Part shown: positions 9,455 to 18,843 of the stretch, piece by piece | How the letters are laid out: every line of letters starts with the position of its first letter | Position numbering within the stretch: position 1 is the stretch's first letter | Origin: Candidatus Bathyarchaeota archaeon | GTDB lineage: Archaea; Thermoproteota; Bathyarchaeia; TCS64 | DNA length: 64,000 bases | Direction: 5' to 3' | NCBI GenBank assembly: GCA_963820555.1 | Contig: CAWGAT010000029.1 | Coordinates: forward strand, 59,718 to 123,717 | The notes under the pieces: generated by a model | Told to the model about the DNA's origin: nothing | What the model saw: only the letters and a program-made list of their open reading frames with translations | The model's database searches: none | Position numbers and translations under genes: made by a program

Positions 9455-10584
9455 TTACTTGAGGAGGAAGTCGTCGAGGTGGTCCTTCGCCTTCTCGCGC
9501 TTCGCCTGGAAGTCAACGAGGAAGGTCTTCACCATCTTGGCGAGGCGGGCCTTGCACTCCCCGCAGACGAGGGCGCCGGCACGGCACTCGGTCTCTATCT
9601 CCGCGAGCTTCGAGTCCTCCTCCTCGAAGAGATAAAAGTAGTAGGCGTAGATGTTGCATGCCTCGGGGCGGCCGCCGAGCTCCTTCTGAAGCTTGACCGT
9701 CTCCCTCCCCCCGTGAAGGCTGCCATCACCTTCTTCGCCGCTACCTCCGGCTTGTCCGATGTGAAGATAGCGGTCTCGGGCTGGCTCGCGCTCATCTTCC
9801 CCCCCTGGGCGAGCCCGGGGAGGAACTTGTTGTGTATCTGCGTCGGCTTGTAGTAGCCCATCTTCTCAGCTATGTCACGGGTCATGCGCCAGTAGGGGTC
9901 CTGGTCGATGGCGGCGGGAATTAGGCACCCCACGTTGCGCCCCTCCCTGTAGCTCTGCAGGAAGCAGGTCATCGCCTGGAGGGCGGGGTACCACGTTAGG
10001 CCGATATTGTCAGAGTCGGTGAAGCCGAAGACCGCCTTCACGGTGCTGAAGGTGATCCTCTTCGACACCTGAAGCCCCAGCTTGTATAGGTGGCTTATGT
10101 GCTCCGTGTCGCTGAAGATGTGGGTGAGCTCAGGGTTCATCCCGCAGGCGATGACATCTAAAGCGTTGTCGTACGTGTAGCCGATGGTCTGGTCGAGGGT
10201 CAGGTCGTCTCGGAGTAGGAACTTCTCGTCATCGGTCATCTGGAAGTAGAGGTGGGCGCCGTAGGCTTCTTGTAGGTACTTGCAGAAGAACCACGGGAGG
10301 AGGTGGCCGAGGTGTACGTGTCCGCTGGGGCCGCGGCCCGTGTAGAGGCCGACGGGGCGGCCTGCGTCGTACTCGTTCAGCCACCAGTCTAGGTCCCTGT
10401 GGCTGAAGAACACGTCGCGGCGGAGCTGCACGTGCATGAACCCCGCCTGTTTGGCTATCCGCTCCTTGAGCTCCTGGGTGAGTGGCTGCGTGCCGAAGCG
10501 CTCTATCAGCTTGGCGTAGTCGATCTCACCCGAGACCTCCCATGGCGTCACAACCATGTTGCCATTCTTGTTGTCTGTGCTCAA
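9455..10584 (-). CDS. trpS: Tryptophan--tRNA ligase, archaeal type (one apparent frameshift near 9710)
   Basis: VVTPWEV, YTGRGPSG.VHLGH (HIGH-like), AAIDQDPY, KMSAS. The C-terminus (RETVKLQKELGG...DHLDDFLLK*) continues in another frame after a G-run. Confidence 0.92.
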
Positions 10585-10765
10585 ATCCTGTGCCTCCCGC
10601 CGGGCGCGGCGTATGAGCTATCCCTGTGGCCCGCTCGGTTTAGAAGGTTTCTGGGGATTAGGGTATCCTTTGTGCTATTCGCTAAGCTGAAATCCAGTCC
10701 AGCTGATACACGACCATCCCACGTCCCAGCCATCTATCGTTTAGACCGGATAAAAAGGTTGTTGA

Positions 10766-11314
10766 CTAGGCTATCTTCTTCACCATGATCAGGCCGTCCA
10801 TGTAGGAACCATTCCATTTGATGGCGTCGGGTATCCTGCCCGTGATCTTATAGCCGACCTTCTCGTAGACGTGGATTGCGCGTTTGTTCGCCTCGAACAC
10901 CTCCAGGTCGACAACCTCGACGCCGAGGCGCCGGGACTGCTTCTCAGCTTCGAGCATCAACATCTGCCCTATACCGATGTCCCTGTAGCCGTCGAGGAGG
11001 CTGATCCCCAGGGAGCCCAGGTGGGCCAGGTAGCCCCTCTTCGGAGTTATCTCGCAGCTGCCGACTAGATGCCCGTCGACCTCGGCGACCACGGCCACCA
11101 TCTTGTCCCTCTCAACGCCGTTGAGGAGTTGGCTAATATACCCAATCTCCGAGTCCCGTGTCTGCTTCTCGTTCATCATAATCATGGCCTTCTCCTCGAC
11201 AAGGCTGTTGATGAAGTGCAGGCAGTCGTCCAAGTCGCCCCACTTTGGGGCGCGGAGCGTGACTGTTCTGCCGTCCCGCGCGGCGAAGATCCGGTAGATG
11301 GTGCCCTCCCTCAT
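10766..11314 (-). CDS. GNAT family N-acetyltransferase
   Basis: YRDIGIGQ acetyl-CoA motif; LEVFEANKRAIHVYEKVGY. Confidence 0.88.
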   Translation of the reverse strand: MREGTIYRIFAARDGRTVTLRAPKWGDLDDCLHFINSLVEEKAMIMMNEKQTRDSEIGYISQLLNGVERDKMVAVVAEVDGHLVGSCEITPKRGYLAHLGSLGISLLDGYRDIGIGQMLMLEAEKQSRRLGVEVVDLEVFEANKRAIHVYEKVGYKITGRIPDAIKWNGSYMDGLIMVKKIA

Positions 11315-11360
11315 GGCTAATCACAATTCCCTAGCCCGGTGAGGGTATAAAATCTCAGGT

Positions 11361-11822
11361 CTACTTCATGATGTCGAGGAGTACCTGCTCCAGGGTCTTA
11401 CCCGGGGGCGGGTTCTCGACTACCTCGCCCATCTTCTCTCCCGCCTTGTTGAGGACGACTATGAGGGGTATCTTGACGACGTTGAACTCCTCGACCTCGG
11501 GTGGACACGGCGGGATCGCCCACTTCCTCGTATTGCTCTTCGCGTCTCTCATCATGTGACCGAAGACCCTGACCTCGATCCCCGTGGCCTCGGAGAGCAT
11601 GTAGAGGACGGGGACGTTCCTCATGCAGTCGGGGCACCACTCCGCGCTGAAGGCGATGATCGTGTAGTCTTTTGCCTTCTTCTTCAGATCCTTCACGACG
11701 GCGGCGTCGAGCTTGTACTCTGCGCGCCTCTTGTCGAAGGCGTCCTTCGCCTTGCTCGGGGTCGAGACGTAGTCGTGGACGGTCTCGGATCCCTTCCTGA
11801 GCTTCGCAATGTCACACTTCAA
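11361..11822 (-). CDS. Thioredoxin family protein
   Basis: AEWCPDC CxxC motif and VKIPLIVV cis-Pro loop. Confidence 0.82.
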   Translation of the reverse strand: MKCDIAKLRKGSETVHDYVSTPSKAKDAFDKRRAEYKLDAAVVKDLKKKAKDYTIIAFSAEWCPDCMRNVPVLYMLSEATGIEVRVFGHMMRDAKSNTRKWAIPPCPPEVEEFNVVKIPLIVVLNKAGEKMGEVVENPPPGKTLEQVLLDIMK

Positions 11823-11923
11823 CTTGGTTCATTAGACCGGTTGCTACTGGGGGTTTAAAGAGGTTTACCAAAAAAGGGGGATTTCAATTTTAAAAAAATA
11901 TAGTCAGAACATATTGTCAGAGC

Positions 11924-12812
11924 CTATTGGACGGGTAAAAGGATCATTAGATCGCTCGGGTTCTCAGCTTCTCTACGTCTCAGATCCTCTAACATTACTC
12001 CTGATCTCTTTCTACCCCTGAAAACGCTAACCTGATCATAACCCGAATCATTCAGCAGATTCAACGCCTCCGAAATGTGGAAACACAGCGTGTTTACCGT
12101 GTGCGTGTCGCTTCCTACGGTGACCGTCTTTACGCCTGCGACTCTTGCCTCTCTCACGAAGTCGGAGACGGGGAAGAAGCTACCGCGCCGTGTCGCATAC
12201 AGCTCGTGTTAACCTCGAATCCGACCCCGTGGCTGACCAACTTGTCGAATGAGTCGTAGACGATCGGGCCGAAGTCCTCGAACCTCAGTTGGGGGTAGCC
12301 CATCTGGGAAGGAACTTCTTGAAGTAGTCGGGGTATGCCATCACGTCGAATAGACCGCTTTCAATGGCTTGGTTCCAGACTCTTAAGTATTCCTGGATTG
12401 ACTCTGAGAGTGGCCTGCCACTGAAGTATGTGAAGGCGTCCTCCTTTGTGGCCACGTTCAAGCCGTTGACTCGATGGACGCTCCCGAGAATGAAGTCGAA
12501 TGGGTGCTCATTGAGCAGGTGCTCGATGTTGTGCTCCTCCTCTGGGAAGTAATCGACTTCTAGTCCGGTCTTGAGGGTGACGTTCGTCCCCTCCTGTGTG
12601 CTGTATATCTCCTCTAGATATTCCGGTATCTTGTTGGGCTGTATCCCGAATCCGATGTCGGGCCCCCCGGTTACGAGGTGCGTTGTAAAGGAGATCTCGG
12701 ATAGTCCCTTAAGCTCCGCTGTTTTTACAGCGTCCCTTATGGACGTCGTCGATGCATCCGTGCTATGGCGATCATGCACGTGGTAATCAAATGCTCTTTC
12801 GTATTCACTCAT
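11924..12812 (-). CDS. PHP-domain phosphoesterase, HisJ/histidinol-phosphatase family (two apparent frameshifts near 12300 and 12190)
   Basis: DYHVH..HSTD, GLEVDY, DFILGSVH. FEVNTS and VTVGSDTH follow in shifted frames. Confidence 0.8.
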
Positions 12813-12845
12813 CTTTATCCTAGGGCTTATAACGACAAACTTAGT

Positions 12846-12892
12846 TATATAGCCAAATTATTTGTTATATAGATAAGAAAGGTACTATATAG
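12846..12892 (-). promoter_or_regulatory. Three CTATATA boxes at an exact 20-bp period upstream of the PHP gene
   Basis: TATATAG on + at 12846, 12866 and 12886. Confidence 0.65.
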
Positions 12893-12896
12893 ATTG

Positions 12897-13544
12897 TTAG
12901 CGGAGGACAAGCCTCTTACCGGTCGTAGCGTATGTGAGGGACTCAGCGATGTAGCTCGCGTGGTCCGCAATCCTCTCCAAATACCTGACGGTGAGGGTGT
13001 AGGCGATCATCGTCTTCGGGTCCGCCTTCTTCGCCTCGGCCAGGACAGATAGGTTGCTGATGTAGAGCTCATCTGTCTCCGCCTCGAGTCGGGAAAGCTC
13101 AAAGACGAGCTTCTCATCCATCTCCTGTATGAGCCTGATGGAGATGTCCACAGCCTCTATGGTCTTCTCCGCCATATCGTTGAGCTTGAGCTCCCCATCG
13201 AATGGGGGCCAGTCCTCAAGCCTGTTGAGGATGTCCGAGATGTCTAGGGCGTACCTGCTGAACCTCTCTATGTCATAAGCGATCTTGATGTATGCCTTGA
13301 GTGTGCGTAGGTCCCCTGCCATGGGCTGCTGCAGGGCTATGAGTTCCGTGGCACGGTCCTCAACCTCCTCGGCGAGTATGAGGATCGTGTTCGACCACGC
13401 CCTGACCTGGACCGAAACGTCCTCCTTCTTGGTGAACCCATCCATTGCGAGTTTTAGGGAGTCCTCTGTTAGCCTCCCCATCTTGATGACGAGGCTCTTG
13501 ATCCTCGTTATGCCCTGATCAAGTGGTCTTGCCATAATGATCAC
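12897..13544 (-). CDS. phoU: Phosphate signalling complex protein PhoU
   Basis: Two PhoU repeats ([16 protein letters not shown]; [13 protein letters not shown]), directly downstream of pstB. Confidence 0.9.
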   Translation of the reverse strand: MIIMARPLDQGITRIKSLVIKMGRLTEDSLKLAMDGFTKKEDVSVQVRAWSNTILILAEEVEDRATELIALQQPMAGDLRTLKAYIKIAYDIERFSRYALDISDILNRLEDWPPFDGELKLNDMAEKTIEAVDISIRLIQEMDEKLVFELSRLEAETDELYISNLSVLAEAKKADPKTMIAYTLTVRYLERIADHASYIAESLTYATTGKRLVLR

Positions 13545-14350
13545 CCGAACTTCCCGGTTATGTAGTTCTCCGTCAGCTCCTTCTGCGGGTTCTCGAAGAC
13601 ATCGCGAGTGTTCCCGAACTCTATCACCTCGCCGATGTACATGAAGGCTGTCATGTCGCTCACCCTAGCTGCCTGCTGCAGGTTGTGTGTCACGAGCACG
13701 ACGGTGTAGTTCTCCTTGAGTTGCCTCATGAGTGTCTCTATCTTTGTTGTGGCGATCGGGTCGAGGGCGCTGCAGGGCTCGTCCATGAGTATTATCTCCG
13801 GCTCTATGGATAGCGCCCTGGCTATGCAGAGGCGCTGCTGCTGCCCCCCGGAGAGGCTGAAGGCGTGGTCCTTGAGCCTGTCCTTGACCTCCTCCCAGAG
13901 GGCGGCGCCCCTGAGGCTCTTCTCTACCAACGCGTCCAGCGCCTTGCCGCGTGCGGTCTTATGCACCTTGGGGCCGTAGGCGACGTTGTCGTAGATTGAC
14001 ATCGGGAAGGGGTTTGGCTTCTGGAATACCATACCGATCTTCCGCCTTAGGTCGTAGGGGTCGACGTCATCGGCGTAGATGTTCCCCCCGTCGAGGAGGA
14101 CCTCCCCCTGGGTCCTGCAGCTGGGGATGATGTCATTCATTCTGTCGATCGATCGGAGCAGGGTGCTCTTCCCGCAGCCCGAGGGGCCCATGAAAGCGGT
14201 GACTATATTGCTCTTTATCGAGAGGTTGATGCCCTTTAGGACGTGCTTCTCCCCATACCATAGGTTGAAGTCCCTGAATTGGACCCGGTCAACCACCGAA
14301 GTTGCGTCAAAAGCCGCAGTATCCGATAAATCCGCCATCAATTTCGTCAT
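13541..14350 (-). CDS. pstB: Phosphate ABC transporter ATP-binding protein
   Basis: [47 protein letters not shown]. Start set at the ATG overlapping the pstA stop. Confidence 0.95.
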   Translation of the reverse strand: MTKLMADLSDTAAFDATSVVDRVQFRDFNLWYGEKHVLKGINLSIKSNIVTAFMGPSGCGKSTLLRSIDRMNDIIPSCRTQGEVLLDGGNIYADDVDPYDLRRKIGMVFQKPNPFPMSIYDNVAYGPKVHKTARGKALDALVEKSLRGAALWEEVKDRLKDHAFSLSGGQQQRLCIARALSIEPEIILMDEPCSALDPIATTKIETLMRQLKENYTVVLVTHNLQQAARVSDMTAFMYIGEVIEFGNTRDVFENPQKELTENYITGKFG

Positions 14351-15189
14351 CTTCCGTTGAGTTTCTTCAGGAAGTAGTTCCTGAGCAGGAGCGCCGAGAC
14401 GCTCATCGAGAGGAATAGGGCGATCAGAACCAGCGCAGCGCCGTATGCGTGTTGTACGCCGCTTACCGCCTGTGTGGCGACTAGGTAAATGTACATAGGT
14501 AAGGAGCCGGTGGGGGCCTGGAGGGATGCTGGGACGAAGGCTTCGCTTCCGGAACCCGCGGTGAGCCATATTATCGCCGTCTCGCCGATGGCCTTCCCCA
14601 TGCCGAGTAGCACGCCCGTTATTATCCCCGGAAGGGCCGCGGGAATCACCACCCTCAGGATCGTCTGCCACTTAGTCGCCCCAAGGGCGAGTGAGGCCTC
14701 TCTGAAATCCCTCGGCACGACCTTGATCGCCTCCTCGGAGGCCCTTATAGTCCAGGGGAGCATCATGATGCTAAGTGACAGCGCCCCCGCGAGTAGCGAC
14801 GTCTTTAAATGAAGATCATATACGAGGAACTCGAGGCCGAAGAGGCCAATCACGATGGATGGGATGCCCGCGAGGGTCTCCGTGAAGAACCTGACGGTCT
14901 GCGTTATAACGTTGTTCTGTGCGTACTCAGAGAGGTATATCGCCGAGGCTATGCCGAGTGGTGCCCCGAATAGGGTCGATAGGGCCACGAGGTAGATGGA
15001 GCCTATTATCTGCGGGTATATGCCGCCCTGAACGAGCCTGTATGGGGGCTGCGTGAGGAAGTCCCAGCTCAGGGCGCCGGCACCGTTCAGGGCCACCCAG
15101 ATGACTATGATAGGGAGGATGATTATGCTTAGGCCGCTGGCGGCGTATAGGAGGGCCTTGTAGTACCTCTCCTTCGTTACCTCGTTCAT
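14347..15189 (-). CDS. pstA: Phosphate ABC transporter permease PstA
   Basis: [30 protein letters not shown] motifs; operon position. Confidence 0.92.
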   Translation of the reverse strand: MNEVTKERYYKALLYAASGLSIIILPIIVIWVALNGAGALSWDFLTQPPYRLVQGGIYPQIIGSIYLVALSTLFGAPLGIASAIYLSEYAQNNVITQTVRFFTETLAGIPSIVIGLFGLEFLVYDLHLKTSLLAGALSLSIMMLPWTIRASEEAIKVVPRDFREASLALGATKWQTILRVVIPAALPGIITGVLLGMGKAIGETAIIWLTAGSGSEAFVPASLQAPTGSLPMYIYLVATQAVSGVQHAYGAALVLIALFLSMSVSALLLRNYFLKKLNGR

Positions 15190-16064
15190 TCTCCTCCTAT
15201 CACCTTCTTTCTTATCACGAACGTGGCGACGAAGTTGAGGGCCATGACTATGAAGAATAGGACGACGCCCATCGCGTAGAGGGCCTGCTGGTGCTGAGAC
15301 CCCCAGGAGACGTAGCTAAACTCGATGGCGATCGTCGATGTCAGTGTCCTGACTTGGTCCAGGATCGATGTTGGGAAGAAGGGGATGTTCGGGTTACCGA
15401 TGACCATCAGGATCGCCATGGTCTCGCCCAGGGCTCTGCCCACCCCGAGTATGAGGGAGGCCCTGATGCCCGACGAGGCGCTTGGGAGGAGGACGCTTCT
15501 CACGGTCTGCCAGCGCGTTGCACCGAGAGCGAGCGAGGCCTCGCGGTAGGAGGCGGGCACCGCCCTGAGGGCATCCTCCGATATCGTGAGTATGTTTGGT
15601 ATGATCATGAGGGCGAGGACTATCCAGCCCGCTAGGATGCTCTCCCCGTTTCTCCCGCCGATGTTGTCCCTGATGAAGGGAACGATGACTATCACGCCGA
15701 AGAGGCCGATGACCACGGACGGGATTCCGACTATCACCTCTGCGGCGGACTTGATTATATTTCTGAGCCAGAACGGGGCGAACTCAGCAAGGAATATGGC
15801 GCTCGGTATCGCTATAGCGACTGCTATCACGACGGCGCCGGCCACAACTATTAGCGTACTGACGAGGGTCGGCAGTATCCCGAACAAATTCAAAGTGGGG
15901 TTCCATATCGTCCCGGCCAGAAAGTCCCAGTTGAGGGCCCCTATCCCTTCCCTGAGTAGATAGAATGTTATGAGGAAGACGACGATCGCGGAGATGGAGG
16001 CGCATACAAAGAGGCTCCTCCCCACCCAGTCGCTCTTTCTCATTTGACTAGTCAATATGACCAT
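15186..16064 (-). CDS. pstC: Phosphate ABC transporter permease PstC
   Basis: [33 protein letters not shown] motifs. Confidence 0.92.
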   Translation of the reverse strand: MVILTSQMRKSDWVGRSLFVCASISAIVVFLITFYLLREGIGALNWDFLAGTIWNPTLNLFGILPTLVSTLIVVAGAVVIAVAIAIPSAIFLAEFAPFWLRNIIKSAAEVIVGIPSVVIGLFGVIVIVPFIRDNIGGRNGESILAGWIVLALMIIPNILTISEDALRAVPASYREASLALGATRWQTVRSVLLPSASSGIRASLILGVGRALGETMAILMVIGNPNIPFFPTSILDQVRTLTSTIAIEFSYVSWGSQHQQALYAMGVVLFFIVMALNFVATFVIRKKVIGGE

Positions 16065-16100
16065 CTACAAAAATAGTTTTTGAAAATAGAGAAAAAGTAA

Positions 16101-17156
16101 CTAATATATCGCTATATAGCCCAGGTCCACGACGATCTTCTGACCAGCTGGGCTTAGGAGGTAGTCAATGAATGCCTTCTCCAGAGCCGAGGGTTGACCG
16201 TTGGTGAAGATCCAGAGGACGCGCTGCACCGGGTACGCGCCGGAGTTCACGTTGGCTATGGTCGCCTCAACCCCCGCGAGCTTCAGGGCCTTGACGGATG
16301 AGTCCACGAAGCCGAGTGAGATGTACGCTACGCCGTATGGGTCGCCTGAAACGGCGGTCTTCATCTCGCCATTCGAGGGCTTCACAGAGGCCGTTGCGAT
16401 GATCGTCCTCTTCCACTGGCCCGAGGACGGTCCCGTGGTCGGGGTCATGAAGTACTCGTTGAATGTACCAAGGGTGCCTGAGCCCGCCTCGCGCGTGTAG
16501 ACGTTGATCGCGTGGTCTGGGCCACCGACATCCTTCCAGTTCGTTATCTCGCCCGAGAAGATCTTGGCCACCTGCTCGAAGGTGAGATCCGTGACCCCCG
16601 TTAGAGAGGGGTTGATCACGATGGCGACGCTGTCCTTGGCGATGCCAGTGACGACGAGCTTAGGGTACAGGAGGAACTCGCTCTCCGCTATCACTCGTGA
16701 GGCTTCTCCTATATCGACCTGGCCAGCGCCAGCCGCTTTAATACCCGCGCCGGAGCCGCCACCCGCGACGGAGACCTGTACCTGGGGGTTGAGCTTCATG
16801 AACTCGTTCGCCGCCTCCTGGCTGATTGGCTGTACCGTGGTGGAGCCTGAGATTGAGATCGAGCCCGAGAGCACCGGGTTCTGTAGGGCCTTGACCTGAT
16901 CTTGTAGGGTCTTAATCTGAGTCTGTGAAGTTGTGAGATCCGTCTGGGCCTTGGCTAGTGCAGTCTGCGCCGTGGCGAGGTCGGCCTGCGCCTTCTGTAG
17001 ATCCGCTGGTGATGTCTTTTGCGCATCAGTAAGTTGCTTTGTAAGGCTATCTATCTGCGAGTTGTAGCTTATCGGGCCGGCCGCGAAATAACCGACGGCC
17101 GCGCCGACCACTAATCCGATTATTATAAAGGCTGTGAGCCTTGAACTGTTACTCAT
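16101..17156 (-). CDS. pstS: Phosphate ABC transporter substrate-binding protein, with N-terminal TM anchor and coiled-coil stalk
   Basis: SGSTTVQP, GGSGAG, REAGSGT, YPVQRVLWIFT motifs; first gene of the pst operon. Confidence 0.92.
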   Translation of the reverse strand: MSNSSRLTAFIIIGLVVGAAVGYFAAGPISYNSQIDSLTKQLTDAQKTSPADLQKAQADLATAQTALAKAQTDLTTSQTQIKTLQDQVKALQNPVLSGSISISGSTTVQPISQEAANEFMKLNPQVQVSVAGGGSGAGIKAAGAGQVDIGEASRVIAESEFLLYPKLVVTGIAKDSVAIVINPSLTGVTDLTFEQVAKIFSGEITNWKDVGGPDHAINVYTREAGSGTLGTFNEYFMTPTTGPSSGQWKRTIIATASVKPSNGEMKTAVSGDPYGVAYISLGFVDSSVKALKLAGVEATIANVNSGAYPVQRVLWIFTNGQPSALEKAFIDYLLSPAGQKIVVDLGYIAIY

Positions 17157-17196
17157 TTTTCCTTTTCTCCTAGTACAACTATAATACTAAGAGCAA

Positions 17197-17223
17197 TATA
17201 TAGATTATCTATGGAATATATAG
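17197..17223 (-). promoter_or_regulatory. Two CTATATA boxes at a 20-bp period in the pstS / regulator divergent promoter
   Basis: TATATAG on + at 17197 and 17217; palindrome ATAGAT-T-ATCTAT at 17200-17212. Confidence 0.65.
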
Positions 17224-17325
17224 ATATACCATAGAAGTATTTTTATTATTGTTTCTATAAGGATTAATATAAAAAGAGAGTGACCCTATATTCCAATAAA
17301 TAAAAAAATCGGTGGGAAAAAACAA

Positions 17326-18380
17326 TTGTCGACCAACGATCAGATGGAAGAGCTCCGAAAGATACAGGTGACGGGCGGCTCGACATACATTATCTCCCTA
17401 CCAAAGAACTGGGTCGACCAGATGGGCCTCAAGAGGGGCAGCGTTGTTAGTATCAATCAGCGCGACGACAGGTCACTAACCATCCAGCCCAAAGGGTCTG
17501 GTATCACCTGAGAGGGTCAAGAAAGTCATCATCACGATAAACCAGGGCGAGAAGCCGGAGAGCGTCGTCCGCCGCCTCGTCTCCTCCTACATCAACGGCT
17601 ACAACATCATACAGGTACGCTCCACCGAGAAGAGGATCGACCTCGAGACCCGCTTCGCCATAAAGGACTTCGTCCGAAAGAAGCTCGTCGGGACCGAGAT
17701 TCTCAGCGACCTTCCAAACGAGCTCACACTCCAGATCCTCCTCAGCTACGCGGAGCTATCTGTAAAGGATGCACTCCGACGGATGTCAATCATCGCCGCC
17801 TCCATGCACAGGGACGCCGTACAGACCCTTAAGTACGGACAACCCCCGTATAGCCAAGGAGGTCGTCAACATGGACGACGAGGTTGACCGCTTCAGCTTC
17901 TACGTGATAAGGCTCCTTAACGTCGCGGTAATGGACGCACACGTGCTTAAGGAGAGCGGGATAGGGACGCCACGGCAGTGCCTCGGCTACCGACTCATAA
18001 CGAAGTCGGTGGAGCGCATGGCGGACCACGCTACAAACATTGCCGAAAACCGCCTCGCCCTTCACCTCGTCCCCATAAACGAGGAGATACTCGAGGAGCT
18101 CAACAGGATAAGCCAGTCCGCCCTCAAGGTATTCGAGGCCGCTATGGAGGCCCTCTTCGACGAGGAGTACGTGGAGGCTGACTCGGTCATGGAGGCAGCG
18201 GAGGAGACCCGAGGGATGGAGGACGAGGTCATCCACAAGATAGTCAAGCTCGCCCCCGTCGAGGATGTCCCTCAGCTCAGACTCATCGTCGAGAGCATCA
18301 TGAGGACATCGGAGTATGGCGCGGACATTGCAGAGTCCGTCCTGAACATGACGGTGAGTGACGCCGTATCGGAAGCCTAA
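17326..18380 (+). CDS. Archaeal phosphate-uptake regulator, AbrB/SpoVT N-domain plus PhoU repeats (two apparent frameshifts near 17500 and 17830)
   Basis: [19 protein letters not shown] AbrB-like N-terminus; [23 protein letters not shown] PhoU repeats; divergent from pstS. Confidence 0.85.
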
Positions 18381-18385
18381 AGCTT

Positions 18386-18433
18386 CTATATAATACCCGA
18401 TTTCACTATATACTACATCGATCAGGTATATAG
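18386..18433 (+). promoter_or_regulatory. Three (C/G)TATATA boxes at a 20-bp period upstream of a small ORF
   Basis: TATATA on + at 18387, 18407 and 18427. Confidence 0.6.
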
Positions 18434-18468
18434 CCTACCCACTCGCTACCATGCACGAGGTAAAAAAG

Positions 18469-18606
18469 ATGAGCGCAGTAGAGCTGATGTGGTATAGAGA
18501 AGCCGTCATGAGACGGGAAAACATAGACGAGAAGGACCTCCCGGATGCCGAGAAGGAGAAGCGGGTAGAAGAAGCCCGTAGGGAGAAGAGTAGCACGCAG
18601 AAATGA
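18469..18606 (+). CDS. Small charged hypothetical protein, 45 aa (51 aa if started at 18451); absent from the ORF track
   Basis: MSAVELMWYREAVMRRENIDEKDLPDAEKEKRVEEARREKSSTQK*; SD-like GAGGT at 18457-18461; lies behind the phased TATATA array. Confidence 0.55.
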   Translation: MSAVELMWYREAVMRRENIDEKDLPDAEKEKRVEEARREKSSTQK

Positions 18607-18699
18607 GCCGTTCCTAGCCAATTTTTGCACCACAACACTTCATATTCGTCTTACCCGCATCGTTTTTAAGTACAACCACCCCCCGCCTAATACGGCTCA

Positions 18700-18776
18700 G
18701 GGATCGTAGTCTAGCTTGGTATGATACGCGGTTCGGGACCGCGTGATCCCCGGTTCAAATCCGGGCAATCCCACCA
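18700..18776 (+). tRNA. tRNA-Pro (CGG), CCA encoded, no intron
   Basis: GGGATCGTAGTCTAGCTTGGTATGATACGCGGTTCGGGACCGCGTGATCCCCGGTTCAAATCCGGGCAATCCCACCA; anticodon loop TTCGGGA; TATA-like TTTTTAAG upstream; one C-A mismatch in the acceptor stem. Confidence 0.93.
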
Positions 18777-18843
18777 CTCAAGCCATTATTCCTCCCCCTC
18801 GTAAATGTTATACCCGCCACCAACCGCCAACTATTCGATAATT

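Noticed and set aside
9700-9720. Programmed frameshifting in trpS and other genes
   Set aside because: No consistent slippery heptamer or stimulatory structure; shifts are both +1 and -1 and hit many unrelated genes, as expected for read errors
10584-10766. Possible trpS leader peptide or attenuator (50-codon minus-strand ORF; 129-aa plus-strand ORF 10399-10788)
   Set aside because: No Trp-codon run or terminator/antiterminator pair; the plus ORF overlaps trpS antisense
14351-14671. Long N-terminal extension of PstB in the ORF track
   Set aside because: Overlaps pstA out of frame; the ATG at 14350 coupled to the pstA stop is the credible start
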